Of a stretch of DNA of 64,000 nucleotides, positions 27,057 through 41,986 are shown in pieces. The translations under genes were made by a program, and so were the position numbers. The notes under the pieces are model-generated. The model did no database searches. It was not told where the DNA came from and was given only the letters and a program-made list of their open reading frames with translations. Source of the DNA: Spizellomyces punctatus DAOM BR117. Lineage: Eukaryota. Positions within the stretch are counted from its first letter, which is position 1, and every line of letters starts with the position of its first letter. The stretch is taken from assembly GCA_000182565.2 (NCBI GenBank), contig KQ257469.1; one strand, given 5' to 3'.

Positions 27057-28873
27057 TGTTGAAACCGGGCGGTGGATGGTGGGTGATTGGAAGGGCAAAG
27101 TCTTTTGTGGATGGCAGTAGATCTTTGTCTACCGCTTTGCTCACAATTGCTTTCACAGGGTCTCCACCGCCGGTTCAGAGGTCAACAAGTACCCAGATAC
27201 TCTTGATGGACGATCGCGAAGGCCCTAGGGCTTTTCCTTTTGCAGGGTACATGAATGCACTGGCCAGTCATCAAACAGAAATCCTCATGAACCGACCTCA
27301 TCCAACAAGAACAGAACACGCTCAATCCACCACCTTTACGAGCCCCATACAACAAAGCCCCCCAGAAAAAAAGAAACACTCAAAATAATACCAAAAACAG
27401 TTATTTTGAACAGAGCCAAAGACAATCAGAATAAAACAAAAGGAACAAGAAAATGGTATACTGGCTAGACCCCAACAAGTCGTGCACCACAAATTCTATA
27501 CAAAGATTACACTCATCCGACCCGCATCCTCAAAACTTGTGTGTTATCCCCAATCACTTTTCGGCCCCCTCCAACTACCCAAATCTGAGGCATCATTACC
27601 TAGGCAGGAGGGGTACCAAACGAACGCGGTAGTATTTTGACAATGGTTAGTTTTGTGTTATTTTAGATACGGAGACTTTTTGGTTAGACTCGGAGAATTA
27701 TGTAAAAAGTGGTGTGACCCTTCCATATGTTATGGGCTATTTTTAGAGATATGTTCATGTATAGCATGGAGGGGGATACCAAGCATAGGTGGACCATCAC
27801 AGCCGAAATGCGATCATTGCAACGCAGCTACAGCGTTTGACCATTTCCATTCTGTCCATCATCTCGCATGCCATTTTCCCATCTCATCCCGTTCATCATC
27901 TCCCCAAGCAAAGTGAAGGCCAACCTTCATTCACTTTACCCGATAAGGTTTAAGCATGGCACAGCAACTTTGCCATTCAATCAATCAACAACACTGTGAC
28001 CTAAATCACGTGATTAGCGGTTATATCATGACAATGCTCACACCACCCACCACTTTTTTCACTGTGTATTTCTTGATTAAAACGCTCGATTGGATTCGGG
28101 GTGAGGACGACGACACGAAATATTCTTCATTTACGATTAACGTGGCATTGGATTCTTGCGGTACGTGAAATGTCGGATGATGTGGGAATGCGGCGGTGTC
28201 ATGGAGTGAGGGCTGTGTCGCTGAGTTTTGGCCTCATCCGTGTGGATTGGGCGGTGAATGTTTTGCACTTGGGTAGGCTTCCTACTTTGACCTAGTCGAA
28301 TTTGTCGAGGACGGCTAGCTAGTAGGAGAATTTTGGTGTGTTTTGTGACGATGGTGGATTTTCGGGTGAAGGTGGTTGCGGTGGGCTTGCGCATGGCGGC
28401 TTTGATTGGCATTGATTTGGCGATTCGCGGAATAGCACAGTGCATGCTGTGTTTTGAGTGCGCGGTGCTATGTGGATGATGAATAAGAACGCTACGCTTT
28501 GCGAACTTGGATTGATTCTGCTGCAATGTCGCGTTCAAAGGCGTGTCGTGGCGCACCAATGGGGCATTATGAATTGCGATGCGTTCGCCGTACCAGTTTC
28601 AATGGCTCATTCAGTTGGGATTCCTCAATTAGGCTTCCTTTGTGGATAACTATATACGACTCTCGGTTTGACTTCCCCCCAGTCAACCAGCACTTCCGGT
28701 ACGTTGACCCGCGTTTACGACGCGACAATTCGGTCTCTCTCACGCAGATACCTGCACCAGCTCCCCGCCAAGCGACTGTCACGTCTCGTGCGGTCGTACC
28801 CCTAATAAGGCTTTTGCAAAACCTCTGCACTTTCCTGCCACAGTATATCCGCCACCTTTCGACAACAATAATT

Positions 28874-30300
28874 ATGGGTCAAACATTGTCTGAGCCCGTC
28901 AAAGACAAGCATACGACGTCTGACAATGATCAGCGTTTGGCGTATGGCGCAAGTGCAATGCAAGGATGGAGGATAAGTGCGTTTATTTCTTTATTCTTCT
29001 CGAATTATCGGCGCCAGTTTAGCTGATGCTCCGATTCTTTAAAGGCATGGAAGACGCACACACAACCATTCTAAAGTTGGAGGACAAAACAGGAAAACAT
29101 GTATCATTCTTTGCAGTGTATGATGGACATGGAGGCCAGAGTGTGGCAAAATACAGTGGAGCGCAACTACACGAACGAATAACAAAGGATGAAGGATATG
29201 CAAAGGGAAATTATGCGCAGGCTATAAAGCAGGGTTTCTTGGGAACTGATGTTGACTTGCGTGCAGGTATGTTATCGAGCATGTGGGAAGCTTCCATCCG
29301 CTCGCTTGTTCTAGTTTGCCATCATCTTTAATGAGATGACCTTGGTTCTCACACTGTGTTTCTCATTGGCTTTTTTGTAGACCCGGACTTTCAACATGAC
29401 CCCTCCGGTTGCACCGCTGTTGCTGCCTTAATCACTGATGACTGGCGCATCTTGGTAGGAAACGCTGGTGATTCTCGTGCTGTTCTGAGCGCAAATGGTG
29501 TCGCCGTGCCGCTGTCTTTTGACCACAAGCCTGTGAATCCTGGTGCGTTTGTTGTTGCCGGATGTTGCAACTGGTGGGAACAGGATGCTCACTGTCTTCT
29601 TAGATGAGTCACAGCGTATCATTGCTGCTGGTGGTTACGTTGAGTTTGGGCGTGTCAATGGTGCGTCTTGTCATTCTTCTTTTTCGCATCAGATTATTGA
29701 AGCTCATCGGGGATACAATAAATAGGAAACCTGGCATTGTCTCGAGCCATTGGTGACTTTGAATTCAAGCAAAACACCGACCTTCCCGCCGAACAGCAGA
29801 TTGTGACTGCAAATCCCGACATCACCGAACGAAAGCTGCAAGATACGGATGAGTTTGTGGTTATTGCCTGTGATGGTAATCTGAACCATGCTTGCCAAAT
29901 GTCGCATTGCATTACATATTTATAATCCTGAAAAACAAAAATTACAGGTATCTGGGACTGCATGACGAACCAAGACGTCGTCGACTTTGTTCGCCAAAAG
30001 ATTGCGGAAGACATGAGTTTGCCCGAAATTTGCGAAGCCATGATGGACCGCTGCCTAGCCCCTGACAGTGAGTTGGGCGGAGTCGGCTGCGATAACATGA
30101 CTGTCATCATAGTCGGATTGTTGAATAACAAACCCAAAGAAGAATGGGCGGCATCAATCAAGCAGAAAGTTGGTCCCACGAAAAAGGAAGAGAGCCCTAT
30201 TGTTAATGGTGTGCCAGAGGACGGTACCGAACCGGTGGAGGTAGAGGAGGAGAGTACCAAGCTGGTGGGAACTGAAAACGCTGGTGGTCAGGCCGAGTAA
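28874..30300 (+). CDS. PTC2: Protein phosphatase 2C, Ptc2/Ptc3-like
   Basis: [67 protein letters not shown]. Confidence 0.95.
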
Positions 30301-30856
30301 AAGGGATGATATGTGGAGGAGGGGGGGTTTTTCCTAGCGTGTTTTGTTTTCTTGTGTGTGGCTTCTCTTGGAATATTTCTGATGAGCTGTTGGACGAACT
30401 CGGTGTGCGCGTTTTACTCTCGTTGCTCATTTTTTTGTTTTTTATCTAAGTGTACGGGCAGGTATTCCTTTTATTTTCTTTTTCTTGATTCAAAAGTCTC
30501 CTAGAGATGTTTGGGAATACCCAGGGGGTGCGCATTACCTACGTCCTTATATTTTGTGGCAGCGCATGCCATAATTTAATTATTGCAGTGTTTACCTTCC
30601 CGTTGTGAGTTGGGTGTTTCCGCGGTGGGGATGTGAGTTCTTTGGTCCCCTGTGTTGGCTTGGAGTAGAGATGGTGGGCTTGCCTTTAAAGCACTGTTTT
30701 TTTCCATGGTATAAAACATGTGGTTCCAGTTTCCATACATGAGGGGTGCATTATGCGAGTATTTGAACTCTGCATTCTGACATGATTATGAGAGTCCCCG
30801 TCCACGTCAATCCGTTCATGGCCTCCATAGTAAGGTCCCAATCTAGTTTTAAATAA

Positions 30857-32279
30857 TTACGCTTGAGTCTCTCTATAACTGAGCTTTTTAACGGTCTCGT
30901 ATGTGACAATCATCAACACCTAGAAGGACTAGGTCAACATTGCCGCACATACAAAGAGATGGACCTAAGAAACTACAACTCACCGATGTCATACCCATAT
31001 TTACCATCCGCGCCCCCATACCTCTTGTGAACCCCTTCCACCCTTGTGTTTGCCACAGCGTGCGGCATGTATTAGTAAGGAGATCCAGTTCGGACCGATG
31101 CGAGGGAGTGACCGTTTGGATACGGGTTTTTATAACGTCCTGTTGGAAAGAAAGTCATGATACACATCAAGAAAATCAAAAAAAAAATTTAAAGATGGAA
31201 CATACCAAAGGAGTCGTAAATGAAGCGGCAACAAACCCGGCTACGAGGCCACTAGCAGCTGACACTGCCACAAAAGCAGCGTTCCGGTCCGGCACGAGCG
31301 GCCCCAGCACGGATTTACAGAGGGACTGGGTGCCCCACCATATTGCAGAGGACGGAGCATATGTGAGAATAGAGGTTAGAAAGCCTTTGTAAAGGCCTCT
31401 TGGACCTTCTGTCTGGAGAATGTGTAGGAAGAGTGCTGCACGGTCCCTTTGTTCAGCTCAGCAGTTGAAATGGGTGGTGAATCCATGAAGGACGTACCGC
31501 GGCCAGTTGTTAATGGGGGTGATGGGTGAGAGGTAGAGGTAGAGGATGGTACGTCCATTTTGTGATGATGACGTTTTTGTATCATCAATCTGGAATTTTC
31601 CAACCGCTTCAAATCAATCGTGTTTTGATCGTTATAAAATGACCAGGATAGTTACCGTTGCGACACGACATCAACAGGTACCATCACAATCTGCGTCGAC
31701 AAACTTGCCACTCCACCTCCCAGCAACCCACTCACGAGTGCTGGAATCGTATCATTAACCCTTCATCCTCCCATTCCTGTACTCTTACAAGCATTGACAA
31801 ACCGGTTCGGTTCTCGTCCCAGCCTAGCATCTTTCGACATGTTGTGGACACTACAAGTTTTGTTGATTCCATGGCAGAGAGATAAATCATTTGGCCCGGG
31901 AGTGTTCCTAGAGCTGTTACGGTGAACCCTTGATACAGTGCTACATGCCCGGCCAAGATGAGCATTCCATCGCGATCATGACAAACACGGAACACGCTAA
32001 ACAAACCTCTCACTCCCTCCAATCTGACAATCTTTGAAAGCATTTTAATGCTCTGGAATCGTTGTCTCTATAGCCAAAAACAACAAATCTCAACAGGAGC
32101 CATCATTTTGTCAGAGGGACGAAAAACCCAACCTTATTTCCAACTTGTACCCTCGTTTTCACGAGGGATACCGGATAGGTCAAGGACCTCACTGCCAAAA
32201 AGCATACCGTCCCCCATGCAAAGAACCGAGGTTTGTCCAGCCGATCCCATGAAATATCTGTAGGCCGGGAATCACCCAT
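30857..32279 (-). CDS. Mitochondrial carrier, SLC25A44-like (multi-exon)
   Basis: DISWDRLDKPRFF...YPVSLVKTRVQ carrier signature, EGVRGL, PLDLLRTRIQ-like repeats, and a C-terminal YETVKKLS. Confidence 0.85.
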
Positions 32280-33557
32280 CCTCAAACCCGTCGTTCAAAT
32301 CCCATCCATGGTAATCAACACACTGCACAACCTGAGGAATGAGTCATACTGCACGTGACATGTGTGTTACGTCAGCAAGCTGTGGAAGTGTTAAAGTGTT
32401 CCAGAAGCCGCAGGTTGGAATGACCGTTGAAGGGAAACGGGAGGTGAACCAATGGACGAGCATCGGTAGGAATACAAAGTAATACATGGGAGTGTAACAT
32501 TAAAAACGCTAATCCAAGCGCTGAATAACGAAATGTGAAAGATAGTTGCAGTGTGTGTGATGTGTGTGAGGTGTGTGAGGTGTGAGGTGTGATCGTCGGG
32601 TGGTGGGGCGGAGGGCGGGGGTGGTGATAAAGTCGGCCGACAACACACCGGACGCGGGCATCGTTGGGTGTTTTGGCGTGTTGTTGTTTCGCCCCATGGG
32701 TTTTTTGTAGGATTTATATTTCTTTTTTTCATGGTCTTTTTCACCCGACCATTCAATAGCACACTAAAAGTGAGCTTTCCGGCGCTTTGGGCCGTTCATT
32801 TGCAAGTAGTTCTTGCTTGCTGCTGGTGATCTTGAACACAACAAAAAAGAAACAAATGGTCCAAACTTGGTTTCCCTTCTGCCGTTTGTTCGCTTACTCT
32901 TCTTGTAACTCGCCCGTTCCCTCGTGTCTGTTCACGCACAACCCCCGTACAAAGCCGCATTTCATATTTTTTTACTATTCATTCTCCAATGTGTTCTTCT
33001 TTTACGTTTGCACATTCCTAAAAATAGTGACGGACCGTTTATTTTTTTTGGATTTCGTACTTTTTGCATACTAGCCCCCCCCTTCCCCTCCCCCTATTCT
33101 CTCGAGTAAAATCGCTCCGCCCCAGGTCTGGTAACCGCACAAACAACCGACGAGAAAAAACGTCTCAAGCATTTTTGGGGGTTAGGCCAACAAGCAGCTA
33201 TTCGATTAACGAAAACTGTTGCAATCTTTTGTTTTCTCGTGTGTGTGTGTGTGTGGCGGTTTACACTTTGAGTTCCTTTTTGGATTTCAACATACATCCA
33301 AGTACTGGGACACACACAGACACACATACACACATACAGAGCGATACATACACACTCTACCTGCAAACCGTTGACCAACAATAATAATAGCGCACATACA
33401 GGCGTCTATCCGATCGGAGCCTGGGTCGGTTGTGCAGAACTGTTGAGAGGCCACACGTCTTTTGTTGTCACTGGAAAACTCGGGCACGACACCACCTTCC
33501 GCAGTTCATTGCCTAAATCATTCCTTCCCGTTGGTTCCCTGAATCCTAGTTGCCGCT

Positions 33558-36500
33558 ATGGACGAGGTCATTGACGTCGTCCAAGCGCTGCACGAATACA
33601 AGAGTTCCGTTCCGACCTGTTTGTCCTTTCGAAAAGGGGATATACTTTATGTACACATAAAGGATAAGACGGGTTGGTGGGATGGTACACTGGGATCAAA
33701 GCGAGGTAAATGTCCGAACCGGTGTGCGGGGGAGGTTCCAAATGGTGGGCATTAATCCAATTTTCATTTGACAAACAGGATGGTTCCCTTCCAATTATGT
33801 CGAATCTATACCAGACGAACAACATATGCAGTTCAAACCACTTCCCTCCCTTCCCGAGTTCCCCTCCCCAACCTCCTCTGCCTCCGCCCCAATGTCTGCC
33901 GTCTCACCTACCAGCACATCTTCTCCACAAGTCCGACCACCGTCCAGCAGGCAGCAGCTGGAACAAACACTGTCCGCACTCATGGAGGAAGCCAAAGCGT
34001 TGGAACACGAGGACTCCCCTAGCGCTGGCGATGCAAGTCCTGTGCCGTCGGGAACGACAGCCGAGGCAGGGATGAAAGCGAGAGTGCTGGATGTGCCAAA
34101 GCCGGACGGTGGTAGTCTGCCAGCCGAAGATGGTGATTCGAATGAGTTGCCACCATTTTGGGGGCGGAAGACCACACCGCAAGGCGACGTTTACTATTAC
34201 AATACCCAAACAAACCAGACGACTTACAGTTTGCAGGAGGTCAAGAAAGCAGTATGTGCTAGAATTGGCAGTATTAAAGTCTTGGGTTTGTCTTTGACTA
34301 ACAGGATATCCTGTAGGCAAAAACCACAAAACGCTCTACCCTGATATTACTGGATGCCACCAAAGAGTTGATCTCAAAGGACATCATCACAGAAGCTCCA
34401 CCACGCTTTGACTCCATCGACTCCTTCGGCGACGCCTCACCACCAGAAGTGCGGCGCCCAATGCGTGGACGAACAGAGTCGGCCTCGTCTACGTCAAGTT
34501 GGATCCCCGGGCCCCAATCGCTTCTTCCCTCCAACGCCAAACCTACATGGGAGATTCTCATCAACAACATCCTCCGCGCAATCTCCGAACTCAACCGCGC
34601 TGCTAAAGATGACCAAAAGGCTCGCTATGTTGCGTTAGCCAACCAGGTCGTTCGAGCCATACGGGACATGTTGGCCAGTTCTGGGACGAGCTCAAAAGAG
34701 ACACCCGCAATGCAAAATAACAAACAATTGAGAGGCCACTACCACCACATAATGTCATCGTTGTCCAAGCTGGTCTTGGCGGCAAAGGTTTCGGCAGGAC
34801 TCTGGCCGCCGCCGGATGCGGTCAATAAAATGAGGTATCAGGCGGGACAGGTTCTACTGGCCATTCGACATTTTGTTTCCATTGCGCAGGACATACCCTT
34901 GGAGCTCAAACCTGTGTCTCCAACCTCGCCAAACGAAATATCGCTCTCAGTGGATGAATTTGACATGAAGGGCGCTGAATTGTCTGATATCGAATTTGCA
35001 GCGCGACTGGATTCTCATTCGGACGCCATCATTGCTTCCATTGCCAAACTCGTCAATCTAATAACCCAGGACCGACGAATATCAGGAGTTCTGATTGACC
35101 AAACACGGGTGACCGTGACAGAGATTGGTCAACTATTGTCGTTGATCGAGGAGATTCCTTTGCAAAGCATGGACGGAACCCAGGATTCCCGGGCCAAGGA
35201 GCTTTTGACCGAATTCCAGACCAAGAAGGATGTCCTGTATTCTGTCGTCAATGATCTTGTCACAGCTGCACGCACTACCATGGACGAATTCGCTCCTCCT
35301 AATGCCCTTGGCACATTGTTGGAAACAACCACATCTGTCCTTCAAGCTGTGGAAGACGTCTTGATGATTACAAAATTGGTCATAGACCAAAAAGACTTGA
35401 TGGAACAGCGCACACTGCAGGAAGAAGCGGAAAGCTACGATGACGAGCGAAGGCGGGACTCGGAATTGAGCATTCTGCAGCGACGGGCCATGAGCTTGAC
35501 CTTTTTGCATGGCGAAGGTGGTTCATTATCTGGAGTCCCTGGTTCCTTGACACCCGATGGCCACATGGGTAGAGATCGTACCGTTTCATCCCCAGTAATG
35601 CTCCGATCTACATCATCTACTAATGTCGGCCTTGTCAAAACTGTTTCCGCACCTGCAGCATCAGGCATGCGACGGCCAAGTATAGATGGTTCCGCGGCTT
35701 CTGTGGCTGCATCTAGCGACGGGATGTCGAGATCGGGTTCTATGGTGAATTTACCGGCAGGTGGTGATCACTCCCACCCACAGCACCAGCAACAAGCGCA
35801 CATGATGCGGTCGCGAACGGAATCTATGGAGAGATTTTCCGCGCGTACTTCAGCTAGTGCGACAGGTTCGCCAAGTTCAAGTACAAAACTGACCAAGTTT
35901 TTTGGAGAGGAGTCGCCAAAGTTGAAGAGAGCCAGCTCAGAGGTACGCTGTGAATTTCTCGCAATGATGTTTATCGGATCATTGATGTTTTTGCATGTTT
36001 TTTACTTTCTAGGGGCACAAACGACCATGGTACCTTGGATACGATTATTTACCAGATGACATTTCTTTCAACATGGAGGGACAAGTCAACGGAGGGACAT
36101 TCCCAGCATTGGTGGAACGGTTAACATTGCATGATCAACCTGTTGGTCGGTACTGGTTTGGATATAACCGCTGATGGTCTTCGAAACATTGACATTTTCT
36201 TTGGCTCGACCAGATCCCGTCTTCTTCACCGCCTTCATGATGCTTTTCCACCAATTCGGCACTGCCGCAGAGTTTTTCAACCTGCTTAGAAAACGCTATA
36301 TGATGTCACCTCCACTACAGTTAAACCCAGAGGAAGTTAAAATATGGCAAGAAAAGAAGCAGACCCCTGCCCGACTGCGCGTATACAACGCCTTTCGATC
36401 ATGGCTGGAAAACTACTGGATAGATGAACTCGACGATGAATGCCTGGATCGCATACATGAGTTTGCTTCGGGAGAGATGATGGAAGCTACCTCCACGCTT

Positions 36501-37622
36501 GCACTACGGTTAATGGAACTTGTGCAAAGAAAGGTCAATGGAAGTATTGCAGGTGTAGGAACTCCAAAGCCCTCTCGTAGAACCGTCGGAAACGTCATAT
36601 CAACCAACGGAGGAACAACCGGTCCCAGTAGCAACGAATTCCTCCCACCACCACCCGTTCTTCCCAAATCCCTCAAAAAGCTCGTCCTTCTCGATATTGA
36701 CCCATTGGAACTCGCCCGTCAATTAACGTTGATTGAGAGCAAGCTCTTCAATGCAATACAGCCTCTTGAATTGGTGGGGCAAGAGTGGGCAAAGAAGAAT
36801 GAAAGGAGTCTGGCAGTCAATGTGCGTGCCATGACACGACTGGCTAATGAGATCACGAGTTGGGTTGCTGGGTCCATACTGGCAGAAGTGGATGTCAAAC
36901 GACGTGCAGCGATGGTGAAGCATTTCATCAAAGTTGGAGAGGTATGCACTTTTATCAATGTGCTAATGGTCAATGCATCGAACTAATATCTCGTTAACAC
37001 AGCGCTGCCTTTCTCTCAATAATTTCAACACTCTGATGGCAATCCTCTCTGCTCTCAACTCTTCCACCATCAGTCGTCTTAAGCGCACGTGGGAACATGT
37101 CTCTAGTAAAATCCGCATCTCATTGGAAACCCTCAAGAAGGCAACAGATCACAGCAGAAACTATGCAGAGTATCGGGCATATTTGAAGAGAGTCCAGGGA
37201 CCTTGTTTGCCATTTTTGGGTACGTATCCGGTGTCATTGTTGCCTCGAATTGTGTGACAATTATTAACAAACGATTGTGCTGGGTTATTTCAGGTGTTTA
37301 CCTTACGGATTTGACTTTCACTGAAGACGGCAACCCCTCCACACGTCCGACTCCTTCAGCACACCTCATCAATTTCGACAAATACATCAAAATCTCCCGC
37401 ATCATCCAAGAGGTCCAACGCTTTCAGATACCTTACGCTTTAACCGAAGTCCCCGATATCCGCGATTTCATTCATAAAGAGATCGAAGCCGCATCCAAGC
37501 AAAGTGCAAATGAGCTTTATGGCGTCAGTCTGATGTTGGAACCGAGAGAAAATGAAATGGAAGAAGCACAACGGGAAATGGAAGCCAAAATTAAGATGCT
37601 AGAGAAAGCAGGGTTTTTGTAG
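33558..37622 (+). CDS. CDC25: Ras guanine-nucleotide exchange factor (SH3-WW-helical-REM-RasGEF), Cdc25/Ste6-like
   Basis: SH3 VQALHEY...LSFRKGD...GWWDG...GWFPSNYV; WW LPPFWGRKTTPQGDVYYYNTQT; DPLELARQLTL, LNNFNTLMAI, PCLPFLGVYLTDLTF, INFDK. Confidence 0.92.
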
Positions 37623-37831
37623 TGGTTTTGTGGGATTTGTAGGGAAGGTTTGGGTTTGTCAGGCAGTTTTTGGAATTTTTTTTTAAGTGTCGGTTTTTTT
37701 TTCTCTTTATGTGATCATAGTATACGCAATTACCCAAGGCACTCAAAAAGATTGCATATCTTCCATGAGCAACATATACCTCTGGCAAAAAGCCCGCTAT
37801 TATCACATGAAATGCATTCCGTATCGGTCAA

Positions 37832-39708
37832 CTAGCCATCCACACCCGGACTCCACACTTTCAAAACCCCACTCCGGGTTAACACGACAATCTGTGGTCC
37901 CCCGCACCCAACCTGACCAACCCTATGGACATTAAAAAACCCGAAAGGGCTCGACTGGCTCACCGCATCGAGATCCGCTACACCCTCCACAGAACATATC
38001 ATCTTGCCGGTTTGCAGATCATGCACGCCAAATCTGCCAAAATATGATAATGTGTACATAATCGGATGTATGACGTAAAAGGAGGAGATCACGTCGGAGG
38101 GAGTAGTGAGTTTTATCGTGTGGCGTGTGAGAATAGGGGGATTGAGATTTGGATGGGAGAGCACGCGATCAATGTCCCAGACGATGACTTCAGCCGTGTC
38201 GGAATCGGAACCCGTATCACCGACAGAAACAAGTGTGAGGGCCTGTGGACGGCGCCAGGCTCCCTTCTCGTCGCGATCGTCTGGCAATCAGTGTTACCTC
38301 TTGAACTGGTAGAAAACGACAGCGTCTCTTACCTGGCTCATCCATAAACGCAAAGCCCCATACTGGGCAATTGTGGCCAAGAAGGGTACCCTTCAAAGCA
38401 CCTGTCTCCAAATCCCATATACATATCCGATTATCACGGTGACCAGTCAAAACAACGCATGGAATGTAGGGATCGCCCTAAGCTAGAGTGAGTATGAACG
38501 TCTTTGAATAGCATGCACATCACAAGTGACTTACTTCAGCAATGCAGAGCACATCCTGCCCATAAGACACTCGCCTGATAACCTCTCGCCGCACCACATC
38601 AAAAAGCACTCCCACCCCCATCGTCAATCTCTCCTCCCCTACCTTCCATCCCAACACCAGCATCCGACCTGGTTCCTTTGCCAACGGATACGGTAATACC
38701 CTCTGCCCTTGCATCACACCCTCCACACTTGTTTCCCATATGAGCTCCTGGGTAGAATACTTGCGAAACTGTAACCGCTGCCACGTCCGTTCAGGATAAT
38801 CTTCATCCACCACCAAGAACACGTCGTTTTGAATGTCGAGGTGATGCAAGACGGGAACAGAGTCCAGACCAAGGGGAACTGCCAATGTGAGATGGCTTTG
38901 GAGGGATCGTGTTGCAATGTCGTAAAAGAGGATCGTGGAACGGAGGTCATCGTTTGAGCTTGAAAAGTGCAGAGTACTGATACCGAGCAGTGTAGTGGGT
39001 GACTGTGAGAGTTCAAAGGAGTGATCTGGGACCATGCTCGTAAATGTAGAAGCTAGCGTGTCCGTTGCATGTAGGTCTCTCAAAATCTGGGTGGCCTCGG
39101 CCTGTGAAAGGCAGTACTCCCAAGGCTTCTGAAGGCCGTTCGCCCAAGGAACATGACTAATACACACAACAGATGGTTTTGATGGGGTGCTTTCGGTCAG
39201 TTCGGCGTGGTCTGACGTCCCCTCGCTGTGCAGCAGTGGGGCGTCACCAGAGATCTCCCCTTCCTCGCCACCGAGATCCTCGCCCTTCATCCGATCACGA
39301 CCCGGATTGAGAACGGATTCCCTCTGCAAATAAAACTTTTCCAAGGCCTCTCCATACGCCTTCCAATTCTCCACCGACTTATAAGCTGTCAAAAACTTGC
39401 TTTTCCAGTCCGGTGGTGGTCCAGCTCTGTTCGACCGATACGTGTAGCATTCTCCATTTGTGAGCATTGCATACTGACATGTGTAGGCTGCGTACCAGCA
39501 TTGATTTGTATTGGCTAGACTGTTTCAATTTGAGCCGATTGATATGAAGTCGAGGTCCATATGCTTGTTGGACGTACCCATTGAAACGCCGACTAACCTC
39601 GGACACTCGCAAAAGGGATACAATGTCCTGAGCTGCTAAGTACTGCAATATGAGGAGCCAAATGTCGTCTGACAGCCCAGGAACCGCCAAGTTTGCTGTC
39701 GAGGACAT
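37832..39708 (-). CDS. F-box protein with WD40-like C-terminal repeats
   Basis: LSDDIWLLILQYL...LLRVSEVSRRF (F-box), DWKSKFL, TGHRDNRICIWDLETG, LLGHNCPVW. Confidence 0.8.
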
Positions 39709-40288
39709 GGTACACTTTGCATGGTACTGGAAACCTTTACAGATGTGTTCAAGCAGCAGCACCTTCGGAAAATCTACACTATCGAAATAGCGTGACACTA
39801 GCACACCGACTGTGCCACAGCGACCATCAGCCACGTTCGATTACGTAACTACTCTCCGACTTTGATGGAGATCAGATAGGTAACGGACAAGGCTTTCGCT
39901 GTGAATATTATGAAAGTTAGACACATATCTGCGTATGCCATGCCAAATGAGTGGTAATGTATTTCAGCGAAAGATATCAATGACTTTAGGGGGTTCTTCG
40001 TGCCTCTGGATCATTAAATGATTCGTCGAAAATGTCTGACCCGACAGGGATCATGATCTGATTAGAAAGAAATAAAATATTGGGAGAAACGTAAAGGGAC
40101 AGAGTTGCAGGAAGAAGGGTCATCTGATTTTGGATTCTGGGATCTGAAATAGTAACAAAAAGTCCACATTTTGTCTTTTCCCTTCTGGCTCATCTCTGCA
40201 TGTTCCTGTTGCACACACTTGCTTTGTCTTGCCATCCTTGCCACGTTAATTGCACCATACCCTATAGTCATCAAGTTAAACTTTCATC

Positions 40289-41890
40289 ATGGACAACCAT
40301 TCAAGTCTTCCTCCTTCTCCCGTATCCCGTTCCAAGATCTCCCGCAACGCTGTACTTCCACATGCTGCGATCAATACCCAACTCCCTCCCTCGCCTATCG
40401 ATGTCATGACCTTGGCTCCCTCAGCGGACCATGTCGCCTCAATGAAATACCACGATTTGCCTTCCGAGTTCCAATCCAAGTCACACATACCCGACCGACC
40501 GCCCGCTGCAAACGGACGATATTGGTGCAAGTGGCAAGGATGCTTCACGTTTCATGACTCGGAGGAAGACTTTGTCCATCATGTCGGCGGGCATGTGAAC
40601 ACCCTTCCCTGGAGTGAGAAGGCGAGGTAAACATAATGCACATTTCCCCATACCATGCATTGCAGATGCTTACGTTGTTATATGTAGCGTCACCGACAAG
40701 GCGGCCATCTTTGGATGCAAGTGGGAGGGATGCGGTAACCAGAAGCATTTTGAGTATCGACAAAGATTGATTGGTATGTGTGTATCCAACATATGGTATT
40801 GGTGAATCTCATTGTAAAAATGCATAAATGATCCACAGAGCACCTACGGACGCACACAGATGAGCGTCCATTCCTGGTGAGCACCTATAGACCCGACGCC
40901 ATCCCGGTTTGTGCTAAAACAGCCATTATCCCCACCAGTGTCCAGTCAGACAGTGTGCGCACAGGTTCACTGTTAGATCGAACTGCATGTCTCATGTCAT
41001 TAACGTCCACAGGCGGAAGCTGATACCCATCCAACTAAAGCCGGGATCCAGTATAGACAGTATTCTTAAAGAGAAGGGAATCGATATTCATCAGCTCAGT
41101 GAGATGGAACCGGTTGTGATAGAGGTAAAGCGATCGGAAGCTACCACAATCCCATCCGTATTTAGGAGGGATAGTCTGGTAGTTATTCCTCGTCCTGCAT
41201 CACGGAAGCGAAAGGCTCAGCAAGCGGAATTGTCAGAAACGTCAACCAATCCTGAACCCGAGCAGTTGCTCCCACTGCCCAGTCCATTAAACTTGTTACC
41301 CCCCTCGGCAACCCCCCTTTCGCCTCCGCCTTCATCATCCTCCGCCCCGCCCCCTACTCCGTCCCAAAAACCCAGCCGCCCAGCCAAAAGAAAGAAAAAG
41401 TCACAGGATCCCCCCAGAGTCGGGGATTACAAACTGAGAGTAGGCGTCATATTCTGTGTCCTTGCTCTGCCCATCCAAACTGACCGCTGATGCATCCCAG
41501 AGCCGAACACTGAATCCAAGACCAGCAACCAAGCCCGCACCCGAACCTATTACCCGTCACCTCTCATCATGGACATCATCCTTGCACTCTCTCCAAGCAC
41601 ATATCGACAGTCTAACCACCCAAACTGCAAATCCTGCCGAAGCTTTTGCCGAAGTTGATAGTTTCCCATCTCACATACAACCCAACCACATACAACCCAA
41701 TCAGTCTGCCCTCTCATTGGAGGCGGAAAAATTGATGGCTGATATCAGCAGTTTGCAGAACAGAATCTCTACCTGTGTCGATTCGTTAGTACGGTGTGGA
41801 TGGTCGGAAGAGGGTGTGCTAGAGGTTATGACCAGCATGACCCGACAAGCTACAAAAAAGGAGGTACAAGGACGTGCAAGACGTGGGTGA
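40289..41890 (+). CDS. C2H2 zinc-finger protein with tandem CxW fingers (GLI/ZIC/PacC-type)
   Basis: YWCKWQGC...HVGGH; FGCKWEGC...HLRTHTDERPF; CPVRQC...HVINVH. Confidence 0.82.
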
Positions 41891-41986
41891 ACATGGCTGT
41901 GGAATATTCACAGTACCCGATATTTAACAAATATGAATTCAGCCTATTAAGCTCTATACACTTTCTTGCGCCGTAAGAGGGTCTAT

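Noticed and set aside
28137-28559. 140-aa minus-strand ORF between MOK and PP2C
   Set aside because: No recognisable motif and biased composition; cannot be supported as coding.
32541-33360. GT/CA-rich repeats near the carrier/RasGEF divergent promoter
   Set aside because: Ordinary degenerate microsatellites, with no evidence of structured RNA or a telomeric array.
40289-41890. C2H2 protein as the cluster-specific regulator
   Set aside because: Only adjacency supports this; nothing in the sequence links it to the cluster promoters.
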